DNA of 18,153 nt from Amoeboradix gromovi X-113 (Eukaryota > Fungi > Sanchytriomycota). The stretch is from positions 1 through 18,153 of the forward strand of contig JADGIF010000131.1 in NCBI GenBank assembly GCA_018985225.1, in the 5' to 3' direction. The notes under the pieces were generated by a model, which was not told the DNA's origin, did no database searches, and saw only the letters and a program-made list of their open reading frames with translations. Every line of letters begins with the position of its first letter. The stretch's first letter is position 1. Made by a program: the position numbers and the translations under genes. Below are positions 8,485 through 18,153 of this stretch, piece by piece.

Positions 8485-9004
8485 AGCATCAATGATGAAT
8501 CTCCAAAAAAAACATCGACATATATATATGCAAATCATCCCGCACCATTTCGATGAGCCATTATCAGTCATTAAGCCCACACAATTTTAAAAGAGTCAGA
8601 GGATATGAACCCTCAAGTAATTTAATGTTTGTTCACAAATGAGAATAAATTTAGAGAAGCAGAAACAGGTTTCTTAAGTATGAGTTTTTTGAGTTAGCTA
8701 GTACTAAGGATAATTTCAGTGTTAGTGTAATAGTCTTACATGATTTGTGTACTATAGGTATGGTATAACTTTATAGTGTTTCAGACATCTAATGAGTTTG
8801 TCATCGGCTTATACTTCTAGTACAATTTTCACAGAAGCACGAAACATTGTCATGGCAGGAGGGGTCATGGCAGCGGTCAAGTATTTTTTAGCTTCTTGCA
8901 TACATAATAAATGTCTTAGTTTTAATGAGGTAGATTTTCTCTATGAAGTTACTTAAACGACACAACAATTTTTTGCTTTTAGGGAGGAAACATTTATTTT
9001 TAAA

Positions 9005-10835
9005 ATGTATCAACTGATCCAAGATTATTTATCTGAGTTGTTCAAAAATCTAAATGCCAGCAATACATCTTTCTATATTCTATTTTACGATGACTATACT
9101 TCAAGAGTATTGAATATATTTACTATCAAACAACTTCGTGATTATAACATTGTTGATATCAAACATATCAATCAATTAGATCCTTCTGATACTGTCAATG
9201 ACTTGACTGCCATTTTCTATCTGAGCCATGTTAATGTGCATTTCTTTGTAAATCATTTGAATCGTTATTCTAAATCTGTCTTGTTTATTCATTACACTCT
9301 AAACAACATCGAAGCTTTTGCTGATCAGCTGAGCCGAAATCCTACTGATAATATTCAACTGATTTTTGATACCTATACCCATTACCTGGCATTTGACCAA
9401 TTTGGTATTAGCGCACCTCCTATTAAGCAGAATCCGATGCAATTACTGACCAATAATCTGCTTCTTGATAAGCAGCTGCTAACTACTAGCGTCCACACTT
9501 TAGCCAGTCTATACATGACAATGTCTACTATTCCTTTAATTTATACGACAAACGACCCAAATTGCCAGTACGTTTCAAGCGAACTGAACGATTTGTTTTT
9601 GCAGTGGAACCAGGAATATCAGCACCAGAAATCAGTAAGCTCCAATAATTTCTTTGACCAATTTCAATTATACAGTGGGTATGGAGGTATTCGTCCTATT
9701 TTACTGATTGTAAATCGTAGCATGGATGTCTTACCGTTTTTAATGCATAGTTGGTCATACAATGTACTGATATACGATTTATTCAAATTGAGCCAGAACA
9801 GGATTACCTTGCCTTCTACCTCTACAACAGCAGGACAAGCGATCGATATAGATCCATTAGATGTAATTTGGAAAGTTCATTGTAATGATCCATTCCCGGT
9901 GGTGGCGGAACAAATAGATAAGCAACTAGTGCAATATAAGAAGAAAGCACAAGAAGTTATGGCTTTTGCTGGAGTAAATGCTACAGACATTAATGAAGTA
10001 GATTTGCAGCAACTAAACAGCACAGCGCAGATAAAAACAGTGCTGACTCAGTTACCAGAACTCACGCAGACTAAGCATGTATTAGACAATCACATGAACA
10101 TTGCCACTAGTTTGCTTTCAAAAATGCAAGAAATACAGTTGGACAAAGTATTTGAAAGTGAAGAAAACTTGATGAAACTTACAATAAATGATATAAAAAC
10201 GCTGCTTAAAAATAACACTTCATCTTACAGACTAACTGATAAAATTAGGGTTGCACTGTTGTGGTATTTAATGAAGAAAACCAATTACGATGACTTGCAC
10301 GCCACCCTTTTAGAATTAGGAGGCACAGGTATAGGGTGCTTGGAATACCTAGAGAGTAGCAGACAGCAGATCAAAGCAGCACCAGAGGACTTACTGGGTA
10401 AATTTGGTGGTTTTGGGATTAGTACGATTGGAAGCAAAATAAGTGAAAACTTAAATACAGCAGCCTTTCATTCAATACTGAATTCTGTCAAGAACTTGAT
10501 GCCGTTCGATACTACTTCAAGCATAGTAAAGCTAACAGAACAAGTCTTAAATACACTACAAGGTGGAGAGGTACCAAATGAAATAAAAGTATTAGATCCA
10601 CTAGATGGTGACAACCAGGTACCGTTTGGTGGGTATGTGTTTCCAAGCGGGATTCCGCAGGTACTCTAAACTAACTTAGGTGTTTGTATATGTAGTGGGC
10701 GCCGGAAATCATTTAGAATACAATCAGCTGCAAGAGCTGGGAAAGAAACGTGGAAAGCAAATTGGATACGGATGTTTAGAGATGATGAACAGTGAAAGAG
10801 CATTAAAACTAATGGACGACTTGAGTAAATTATGA
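9005..10835 (+). CDS. SLY1: Sec1/Munc18-family protein Sly1; join(9005..10660,10680..10835)
   Basis: RPILLIVNRSMD..HSWSY..LIYD, DPFPVVAEQID, LPELT..K..LDNHMNIATSLL. The second exon supplies the conserved C-terminus VFVYVVGAGNHLEYNQLQE...IGYGCLEMMN. Confidence 0.92.
10661..10679 (+). other. Predicted 19-nt spliceosomal intron in SLY1
   Basis: GTACTCTAAACTAACTTAG has GT, a CTAAC branch motif and TAG. It contains the in-frame stop, and its removal restores the conserved C-terminus. An alternative donor at 10619 (61-nt intron) is also in frame. Confidence 0.7.
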
Positions 10836-11365
10836 CATGTCTTAATTGCTAGCACTTACGGGATCCCTTAGATGGACTTCAGTGTGTTGCATATCTTTAT
10901 CTGGTGAAATGCAGCTTTACAATGACATCTTCTTGTGCTGAATGTCCGATTGCAGCAATTGCCCAGTCTACAAGAAACCAACAAACAGCTGATGTTTTTG
11001 CTTAGATAAAGAGGGATACAACACTCATGGGCAGAAGAGCTACTGGAAAGCCTATTCATGAGTTAAGTACTGTCAAGCTTACAACTATTATTATTTACCT
11101 GTTTTGGCTCCTACGAACTGTCCTCTATAAGGCTTACATGTCAGCTAACCAACTCACTACATACTTATAATACTGGTCTGACAGTTATTTTCAATTAACT
11201 AACCAGCAAGAGGCATAAATAATTGCAATTTATACTACCCAGTGTGTCTTTTATTGAGTCTCGCTTGTAGCAAATATCAGGTAATTGAAACTATATAACG
11301 AAATCTAGCCTCCTAACAGAGTTGCCGCAGGCAGATTTAAAACAATATATATTTATTTTACAGAA

Positions 11366-12374
11366 CTATACACTTTCCTGAGGCATCCATCTCCCATCAG
11401 ATCCGCGACGGACTTTCTCTTCCACAACAGTTAGTACTTTTAAATCAAATGACGTTCGACGACTTCTTTCTCCCGCCTTTTTCAAGTCGGCTGAAGACAT
11501 AATGCCCCTGAATGGCTCTTCTATCGATCCTCCTATACTTCTCTCGCTGCTAGCCGTTGTCGTATTTCCTTTAGATTTCTCCAAATACAAGTAAATCAAA
11601 CAGTTCCAAAATCCCTGCAACGGAGTAAGTACAGCCTGAGCCAATGATGCTTCAAATGATGCCTTTCCAAAGAACTGAGCGAATCTAAGTGCAGCAGAAT
11701 ATCCTACAGAGATTAAAAAGCTCAATACATAAAGAAGCTGCTTTATTCCCAGCTTTAATGCTTTGCTTTTACTCTTATTCGCCGATAAAATCATTTTTTT
11801 TTCATTTTGCTTTATAAAGATGATAATTGCAACTGAAACCAAAATGTTATAAACGACAGCAAAAAACACCCATCCATGCTTAACACCAAACTGCAAGGCA
11901 ATGGTCGTTGCAAAGCACCAAGCTAAATTAGCAATAAATACCACCACTAGGTTTGATTGCATTCTGTGAAATGACAAATATATTTCCTACAAAAGGCACG
12001 AGGACGGATGCAATAATAAACAGATATCTTAGTTTTTCCGCTTCAAAACTGTTCCATCCAAAAATTACACGCAGCAAAACATTCGTAGCATGTGCGATGT
12101 TCCAAATTGAGGCACCAACTTCCGTTAAGATTAGTACTGCTTGAATGGTGCACAAAGTAAAGTTGCTAAATGCATCAGGTCCCCATAACCTACCAAAGCA
12201 ACCGATAATTTCAAATATTGATATCATTAAAATACATTGATTTGAATAGTTTCGCCGTGCATTTGTTCTGCAAAAGAACCAGATAACCAAAACAGACCCT
12301 AATAACCCAAGCGACGAGGACACCTTCACAGCTACGTTGAATTTATCCAGCTGAGACTTGCTATATGAACTCAT
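11366..12374 (-). CDS. GPCR-like 7TM receptor (cAMP-receptor/Git3-like); complement(join(11366..11922,11942..12374)), 329 aa
   Basis: TM1 SSSLGLLGSVLVI, Cys at the top of TM3 (LCTIQA), ECL2 KPSGAWCF formed after splicing, TM7 LTPLQGFWNCLIY. Confidence 0.85.
11923..11941 (-). other. Predicted 19-nt spliceosomal intron in the GPCR gene
   Basis: Minus strand GTATTTATTGCTAATTTAG. Removal joins the two overlapping ORFs in frame and gives SG-A-WC. Confidence 0.8.
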
Positions 12375-12534
12375 TCTTTTTAGAAATACTTTGTCAAAGG
12401 ATTCACATACTTTATTCCGAACGAATTAATATGAGCACAAGAATAATTAAAGCTATTACCCGTTTTAGTGGGTTTATATTGCAATGTATCTTTAAGATGT
12501 AATCTTTTTATATTTGGTGTCCCAACCTGCTCCA

Positions 12535-14187
12535 ATGTCTCAGCTCACTTTCGATTCCTTCCAATTAGATTTTATTGATGAAAACATATCCATCTTGATA
12601 CCAGAAAACGAAGATTTGCAGTTAGATGAGCAGTTAAATCTTCTTCACTTCCAAGAATCCATTCCTGCCCAATTTAACTCACTTAATAATGATGCTCAAT
12701 CTATAAATACAAACATATCACCATCCAAGATATCTAGTCAGTGCGATAACACAGGTATATCTTGCTCCAATAAGTCACCCTCAGAAATACTGCACCATGC
12801 TTCTAACACTACAAATCTCACCAGCCCTTCTAATAATTCACTAAACATTGCAATAGCTATTCCCAAAGACAATCATGATTTCTCTGCTATGCTTGACTTA
12901 GATCCTAATCAATTTAACAACAAGATAAAATCTTTTATTAATGATTTTGATAATTCTCCAGAATTATTGGACGATGTTTACAAGCAACTAGAATTGACAG
13001 AGCAGCACCTGCTAAGACCCAGTCCTGTCACATGCGGGTTTGAAAGAACTGTAACTATCATGGACCTGTCTAAAAAACATCTGTCCAGCCTAAATGTTGA
13101 GGAATTTACCGTTTTACAGAGTTTAAATGCTAGTCACAATGAGCTTAATTGTATCCAACTACCAAAGTCTATCATATCTCTTAATCTGAGCCATAATAAC
13201 TTCAGTAATTACCATTTTGTTGTTAAGTTGCCATTTCTTGATAATCTTAATCTAGACCACAACGAATGCTCTGAAATTATTCAGCATGATTGTTTATCTA
13301 CTCTTTCATTGAACCATAACAATGTATCCTCTTTTCCGGATGTTGTAATGGCCAGTCTTTGTGTTTTAAACTTAAATTTCAATAAATTCAGAACTCTAAG
13401 TAACCTTCATTCTTTTCCTAATTTAAGTACACTGAATATCACTAATAACCAAATCGAGAACATAGAGTTATCGGAAAATATCTCGCTTAATGTGCTGGAT
13501 CTTAAATTTAACAACTTATCACACTTCGACGGTTATTACTTTGACTTGAATGAACTGCACCTAGACAACAACAACATAGACTATATAACTAATTGCAAAA
13601 GTAAATGTATTTCTGTATCCTCGCAATTAACCAAAAAAGTAAATTTACTGAATTCTGTTAATTGTACGTTGTTTTATGCAAAGAATGTAAAGCTGTTAAA
13701 CAAGTCAATGATTGCTGATACCCTGGTAGAGTTGCACTTGGAGCATTGTCACGTAAATAGAATTAGTTCAGCGACAGTCAGGAGATTGAGACTTTTAGAA
13801 GTATTGAACTTAAACAATAACAACATTAGCGATGTACAGCCCATATGTAATTTTACAAGACTTCAAGTATTAAAACTTGCGGGGAATAGAATCAAGTCCT
13901 TTACGATGGTGCTAGGATTACTTTCAACGACTTTAAAAGAGTTGGATCTAAGGCAAAACATACTCACTGCCTCCTATTATTCCAATGTAGAAGGAGCGGA
14001 AGAAGACCACGAGTACATCAAAAATGTGAATGATGCTGTGTATGTTCAAAGACTCTGTTACAGGGCCAGTATTGTGTTTAAAAGTAAATTGAACAAACTA
14101 GATGGATTGATAATAAGTGATCATGACAGAGAGAACGCAGAAAGAATTCTGATGAAACTGAAGAGTTTAAATAAATACAGAATTTGA
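12535..14187 (+). CDS. Leucine-rich repeat protein, Nud1/Cdc11 (SIN/MEN scaffold)-like
   Basis: Low-complexity N-terminus, many LxxLxLxxN repeats and an LRR cap (LDLRQN.LT..YY...R..YRASI...L.KLDGL.I). The LRR call is secure; the Nud1 assignment is tentative. ATG at 12535. Confidence 0.75.
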   Translation: MSQLTFDSFQLDFIDENISILIPENEDLQLDEQLNLLHFQESIPAQFNSLNNDAQSINTNISPSKISSQCDNTGISCSNKSPSEILHHASNTTNLTSPSNNSLNIAIAIPKDNHDFSAMLDLDPNQFNNKIKSFINDFDNSPELLDDVYKQLELTEQHLLRPSPVTCGFERTVTIMDLSKKHLSSLNVEEFTVLQSLNASHNELNCIQLPKSIISLNLSHNNFSNYHFVVKLPFLDNLNLDHNECSEIIQHDCLSTLSLNHNNVSSFPDVVMASLCVLNLNFNKFRTLSNLHSFPNLSTLNITNNQIENIELSENISLNVLDLKFNNLSHFDGYYFDLNELHLDNNNIDYITNCKSKCISVSSQLTKKVNLLNSVNCTLFYAKNVKLLNKSMIADTLVELHLEHCHVNRISSATVRRLRLLEVLNLNNNNISDVQPICNFTRLQVLKLAGNRIKSFTMVLGLLSTTLKELDLRQNILTASYYSNVEGAEEDHEYIKNVNDAVYVQRLCYRASIVFKSKLNKLDGLIISDHDRENAERILMKLKSLNKYRI

Positions 14188-15418
14188 TTTTGACATCCTA
14201 GACCCTTACTGCTGAAGTCTTTGAGAAGCATGTGAAGGTTTACTTAATTGTCTCCACACTGTTGAAGCCAAGGTGTCTTGTATTCACGGTATTCAACTGT
14301 TGTTAGCTTCAGCAGTAGTAGAACTCAGTTGCGAACAGCATGCTTGTAAGTGAGCAAAGCAGAACCATCGACAAAGCGGGGCATAGCAGTTGCTCTGTTC
14401 ACCCAAATCCAAGAAATTTATCGGAAAAGGGTTAATTAATTATTCGTTTTTTAGTCTATACATGCTGCTTATTTCAGCTTGCAGGTAATCACCCTTCTCA
14501 TGAGCCCGAAGACTATAAATATCACCCCCTCAGAGCGTATCATGAAAAACATACACAGAATCTGATCCAACTGGCAATCTTGAGAATCAAGACTAGTTCA
14601 TTCTGATTCAGGAAGTCTCCACAATTTCAAACTGAAATTTGTTCCAAAGCAAATTTCAGGCAGCCGAGAACTGGTGCATGTTTACTTTCCTAAAATCCTC
14701 AAATTCTCTTTACAAAGTATGGCACAGTTGATGGTTGTTTGATTCAATGCATGCTTGGTGTTTTACCATATTTCAAAAAATCAAACTGCTTTGTTTTATG
14801 GGCAAGGGAAACCAAGTTTGGATGGAATAAAATGTGTCAAGTTTATTTATTTTAGAGGTCCTGTCAGATTCTGTTCATTTTCTTGCACAGTTGTGGTTTG
14901 ATTTTTACTTCGCTAATCCTTCCGTAGACCATATCGAGCAAATCATAAAAATTTTACAAGTCGGACGTAAAACTAGACTAGGCTTTGAGCAATAAACCTT
15001 TTAAGATTAAGAGTAACAAGTTGCTTTACAGCATTTGTTCCATGACAGCAAATCGGAAAGGAATGGCTATGGACTGATACGTCTATATTGGAAGAGCTCG
15101 AATCCTATGCGATGACTGATTGGATTACTCTATCAGTTTCTATTTTCTGATTAGATCGCAGCATCCAAAGTACACAACCTAAAAACTAACTTTTTTGGCC
15201 TAAATTTTGGACTAAAATGCAGCATGCATTATTTAAATTCCCTGGTTTTAAACTGCTTAATTCTTCTTTAAAAAACAGTGAAAATCATGTAATTTTACCG
15301 CTTAAAAGTTAAAAATGCTTTGTTTTCGATAATTATAGTTTTATACTTTGCCAAATGCCACATTTCATCGTTCTCCTAAAATTAATTTCCGCTCTTTAAA
15401 ACACATTTCATCGCATCC

Positions 15419-16189
15419 ATGGAATCATTTATCACCTTTTTGTTAATTTCTTTGCTAAGCGGCTGCTGGATATTATTTTTGAGAGGTATTTCAAAAGCCG
15501 TGATTGTATTCAAAAATAAATCGAGTGCAATATTTGTATTCTGCGTTTTGGGTCTGATATTTAGCATTACTTTATCCTCATTTATCTCATTAACTAACCT
15601 TTTTTCTATTAATGCGCTGGTATCGAGAGTTGTCACTCAAGTGCTATGGCTCTTCATGATACAATTTGTGACGTGGATGAGCTGCTTGAGAATCAAATCA
15701 CTTGGCGGCTACTTTTGCAATGATGATTTGTACATTGAATATGTGCCATGGTTTCTGCTGCTTGTACAGCTGTCTATATCTGTGCCAACCATTTTAGGAT
15801 TATATGTGCCATTTTATGACTTCATTGCTATGATTATGTCGCTAACATTTAGCGTAGCCATATGTTTATCAGAAATATACATGTACAAGGTACTGAGATA
15901 CAAAGTTAAGACTTTTTTAGAATACAGAAGAAAACTGAGGAGTCTGTTACTGAAAGAGCTGACTATCGCACTGGTTGTACTTATAACAATGGAGATACTT
16001 TTGATTGTATCTAAAATATTCAATGCTACAGTAATGACCACAGGGAGGCCATTCTCTTATCTTGTGAGGATAGTAATACTTGTCCAGTTTTATGATAATT
16101 TGTTATCAGAACTGGATACCGATAGTATTGTCTTGTTTGCACAATTGTATGAAGAGTCATATGAATCTTTTAATTTAAGTAAATTTTGA
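15419..16189 (+). CDS. Uncharacterised integral membrane protein with about 7 TM segments
   Basis: 256-aa ORF with seven hydrophobic stretches and a basic loop between TM5 and TM6 (RYKVKTFLEYRRKLR). Confidence 0.75.
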   Translation: MESFITFLLISLLSGCWILFLRGISKAVIVFKNKSSAIFVFCVLGLIFSITLSSFISLTNLFSINALVSRVVTQVLWLFMIQFVTWMSCLRIKSLGGYFCNDDLYIEYVPWFLLLVQLSISVPTILGLYVPFYDFIAMIMSLTFSVAICLSEIYMYKVLRYKVKTFLEYRRKLRSLLLKELTIALVVLITMEILLIVSKIFNATVMTTGRPFSYLVRIVILVQFYDNLLSELDTDSIVLFAQLYEESYESFNLSKF

Positions 16190-16967
16190 TGGGTTCGCAA
16201 AATGTCTAGCTTTAAAACTACCTTTTTATTACAGCCTTAGTAGGAAAACAGATACTCCCAATAATGCATCGGTCTGAACTGACTAGACTTGCAATAAAAT
16301 ACAAAGTAAGTATACAAGTCCCCCAAGGAATGAACGTATCCACTTTGGAAGACTTTTAACAACTTACAATCTATTGCGCCTCTTTCATAAGCATTTAATC
16401 TAGCAATATTAACGGTATTTGTAATACAGTGTAAATATTCTGCGCGAGTCTCTTGATCACCTACCTTCGTTAAGATCATAACCAAAGACTTCATTTTGAA
16501 TCCAAGTCCAACAGTAAAAGCAATATATGCCGCTCTTCTAACGTTAGCCTATCATGTTAATCGTTAAAAATCATCAGCCAATCATTAACACTGCAGCTGC
16601 GCAATTTTCCTTGTGTACTCCTTACAAGATTTAGAGGGAAAAATAATAACTTGCCCCATCTGTGTAGAGCCTGTGTAACAATGTTATATATTAGTTCAAT
16701 GTCAAAATAAATAGATCAAATAATAATACAAATTTGTTTACTTCCTTCCTTAATTTCGCTTCAACGCACGTCTACTCATTCAATGGATCGTGCCTACGAG
16801 TGATACTGCGATTGAGATTCCAAATATTTTGAAAATACTTTGTATATCAGATATCAGTTGAGTTATAGATTTCACTGTTATAGAAACTTGTCTCGGAACA
16901 ATATTTTAGTCCATGGTCTCAAAAAATTGGTAGAAAACACATCTATCATGGATAGGGACATCAAATG

Positions 16968-17051
16968 TAAAAACTAGACTAAGTCGAAATTTTCATTTGA
17001 GATATTTCAATTTCAAAATAATACTGCAATTCAACATAAAAACTAGACTAA
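16968..17051 (+). repeat. 15-bp direct repeat TAAAAACTAGACTAA (2 copies)
   Basis: Copies at 16968-16982 and 17037-17051; a near copy (TAAAACTAGACTA) at 14968-14980. Confidence 0.6.
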
Positions 17052-17145
17052 CTATTTCAGCCAATTAATTTATTTAAAAATACTAATTCAAATATAAAAA
17101 CAGATCAATTAAACAAAATGCATTTGCAATTTTAAGGGATTATTT

Positions 17146-17276
17146 TTACACCGTTGAAGATTTAAAATGTCAAACTTGAAGTTTAGGAAAAAAAATCGTG
17201 GGTCCTTTTTGGACCCAACAGTCGAGGCTTTTCATCCTCTGTAAATCTTGGTTTTGTAGTATCGACGTAATACTAC
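17146..17276 (-). ncRNA. Putative Fanzor omegaRNA scaffold / element right end
   Basis: Directly 3' of the Fanzor stop codon. Stems: 17256-62/17270-76 (7 bp), 17242-49/17157-64 (8 bp long-range), 17224-27/17236-39 (4 bp), 17199-205/17211-17 (7 bp), 17172-76/17180-84 (5 bp). Confidence 0.7.
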
Positions 17277-18153
17277 TGAAAAATTCTTTGGAGATAAGCC
17301 GGTCTAGCTATGCCTTGAATGGCGTTCCTGGCTACCTTCCAAATATTGCTTGAGGCATTTGTATCTCTGTTCCACAGCCTTGAACAAGTCTTACACTTGA
17401 CTAGACCATGGCGCAGGATACGCCCCTCTCTGAATGGTTTGGGATTGTCACACTCTCTGAATGTGGCACACACACCATGCTCGCATGCGCTACATCTGCA
17501 GCTGGTTCTGAACTCATCTACTAAATACGCCTTGTAACCTGCTCTACGGAACAAACTACGAAATCCTTTGCCTTTGACTGGCTCCTTGAATCTTCTGTGT
17601 TGCTTCTGCTCCCAATCGCCGATGCCGATCACCACTTGCCCTGGTGCACCGAATAGTAGTTCAAAACGGCGCAGCATCCTTGCTTCAGTGATTTGTCTTC
17701 TGCTATAGCTGCCCAACTTAAGCTTCCTAAACAGGTATCTGTTGTAGAAAGGCGCTAGCCTCAGGTTTAAGGCATTCTTCTGCTTGATGTAGGTCTTGAA
17801 TGCCTCAAAGTTAAGCGTTTTCTTGTTGTAGGCGCTCATGTCTGTCTCCCAGTCTACAACTTTCCTACCATCAACCAGCTCTTGTTTCTGAGTTTGCAGC
17901 AGGTTACGATACTTCTTGAACTTGGTTTCTTTGCGGCGCATGTCTTGTGAATATCTGAATTTTGTCTGGCCACGCTGATCGCTGTTAACACAGTACAACA
18001 GATCTCCCATGTTAGGATCAATGCCTACTAGCTTCTTGTCAACCAGCTGCTCGCGTTCTTCATCACTAATCTCATCAATATACTTCTCACCGCTACCTTT
18101 TTTAGCTTTAGGCTGCTTAACCATCTTGCCAGCCTTGTCTTTGCGTATAAGCA
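17273..18153 (-). CDS. Fanzor1-type RNA-guided RuvC endonuclease (eukaryotic TnpB homolog), 5'-truncated by the window edge
   Basis: The frame stays open to 18153 (LIRKDKAGK-MVKQ). RuvC-I VGIDPN (D36 of the listed ORF), IGDW, RuvC-II LVDEFRTS (E204), zinc finger CSAC...CKTC, RuvC-III WNRDTNASSNI (D254), terminal RPAYL. Confidence 0.92.
   Translation of the reverse strand, partial: LIRKDKAGKMVKQPKAKKGSGEKYIDEISDEEREQLVDKKLVGIDPNMGDLLYCVNSDQRGQTKFRYSQDMRRKETKFKKYRNLLQTQKQELVDGRKVVDWETDMSAYNKKTLNFEAFKTYIKQKNALNLRLAPFYNRYLFRKLKLGSYSRRQITEARMLRRFELLFGAPGQVVIGIGDWEQKQHRRFKEPVKGKGFRSLFRRAGYKAYLVDEFRTSCRCSACEHGVCATFRECDNPKPFREGRILRHGLVKCKTCSRLWNRDTNASSNIWKVARNAIQGIARPAYLQRIFQ

Noticed and set aside
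10633-10660. GTATGT...CAG as a SLY1 intron
   Set aside because: Splicing from 10633 to either 10660 or 10679 gives an early stop and loses the conserved C-terminus.
10868-11059. Cys-rich 63-aa minus-strand ORF
   Set aside because: No recognisable motif spacing; probably spurious or decayed sequence.
14200-14545. Coding-like minus-strand fragments interrupted by stops
   Set aside because: Could be a pseudogene, but no family could be recognised.
16237-16494. 85-aa minus-strand ORF with faint resemblance to a Fanzor1 N-terminus
   Set aside because: The similarity is too weak to support without a profile search.
2420-17537. Short nested or antisense ORFs (2420, 4464, 7583, 11953, 15382, 15814, 17319)
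   Set aside because: They lie on alternative frames or strands of well-supported genes and have no independent evidence.
1-18153. CRISPR array or prokaryotic origin for the RuvC nucleases
   Set aside because: There is no repeat-spacer array, and the flanking genes (TAF6, SLY1, GPCR, spliceosomal introns) are eukaryotic.

Overview
Gene-dense, AT-rich eukaryotic DNA, most consistent with an early-diverging fungus with a compact genome (inference from gene content and spacing). Host genes are a D-3-phosphoglycerate dehydrogenase, TAF6, two tandem Ecl1-like Cys4 microproteins, a PIH1-domain protein head-to-head with an AAA+ ATPase, an Rtt106-like histone chaperone, Sly1, a GPCR-like receptor, a Nud1/Cdc11-like LRR protein and an orphan 7TM protein. 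Four things stand out. (i) At the right edge is a 5'-truncated Fanzor1-type RuvC nuclease with an intact D/E/D triad, followed by a structured ~130-nt putative omegaRNA/right end. (ii) Three copies of an IS607-like TnpA+TnpB/Fanzor2 element carry different internal deletions but keep the left end and the TnpB 3' region. (iii) A possible further, heavily decayed Fanzor1 remnant lies near 6.0-6.3 kb. (iv) Two independent genes can be repaired by removing a GT...CTAA...TAG intron of exactly 19 nt.
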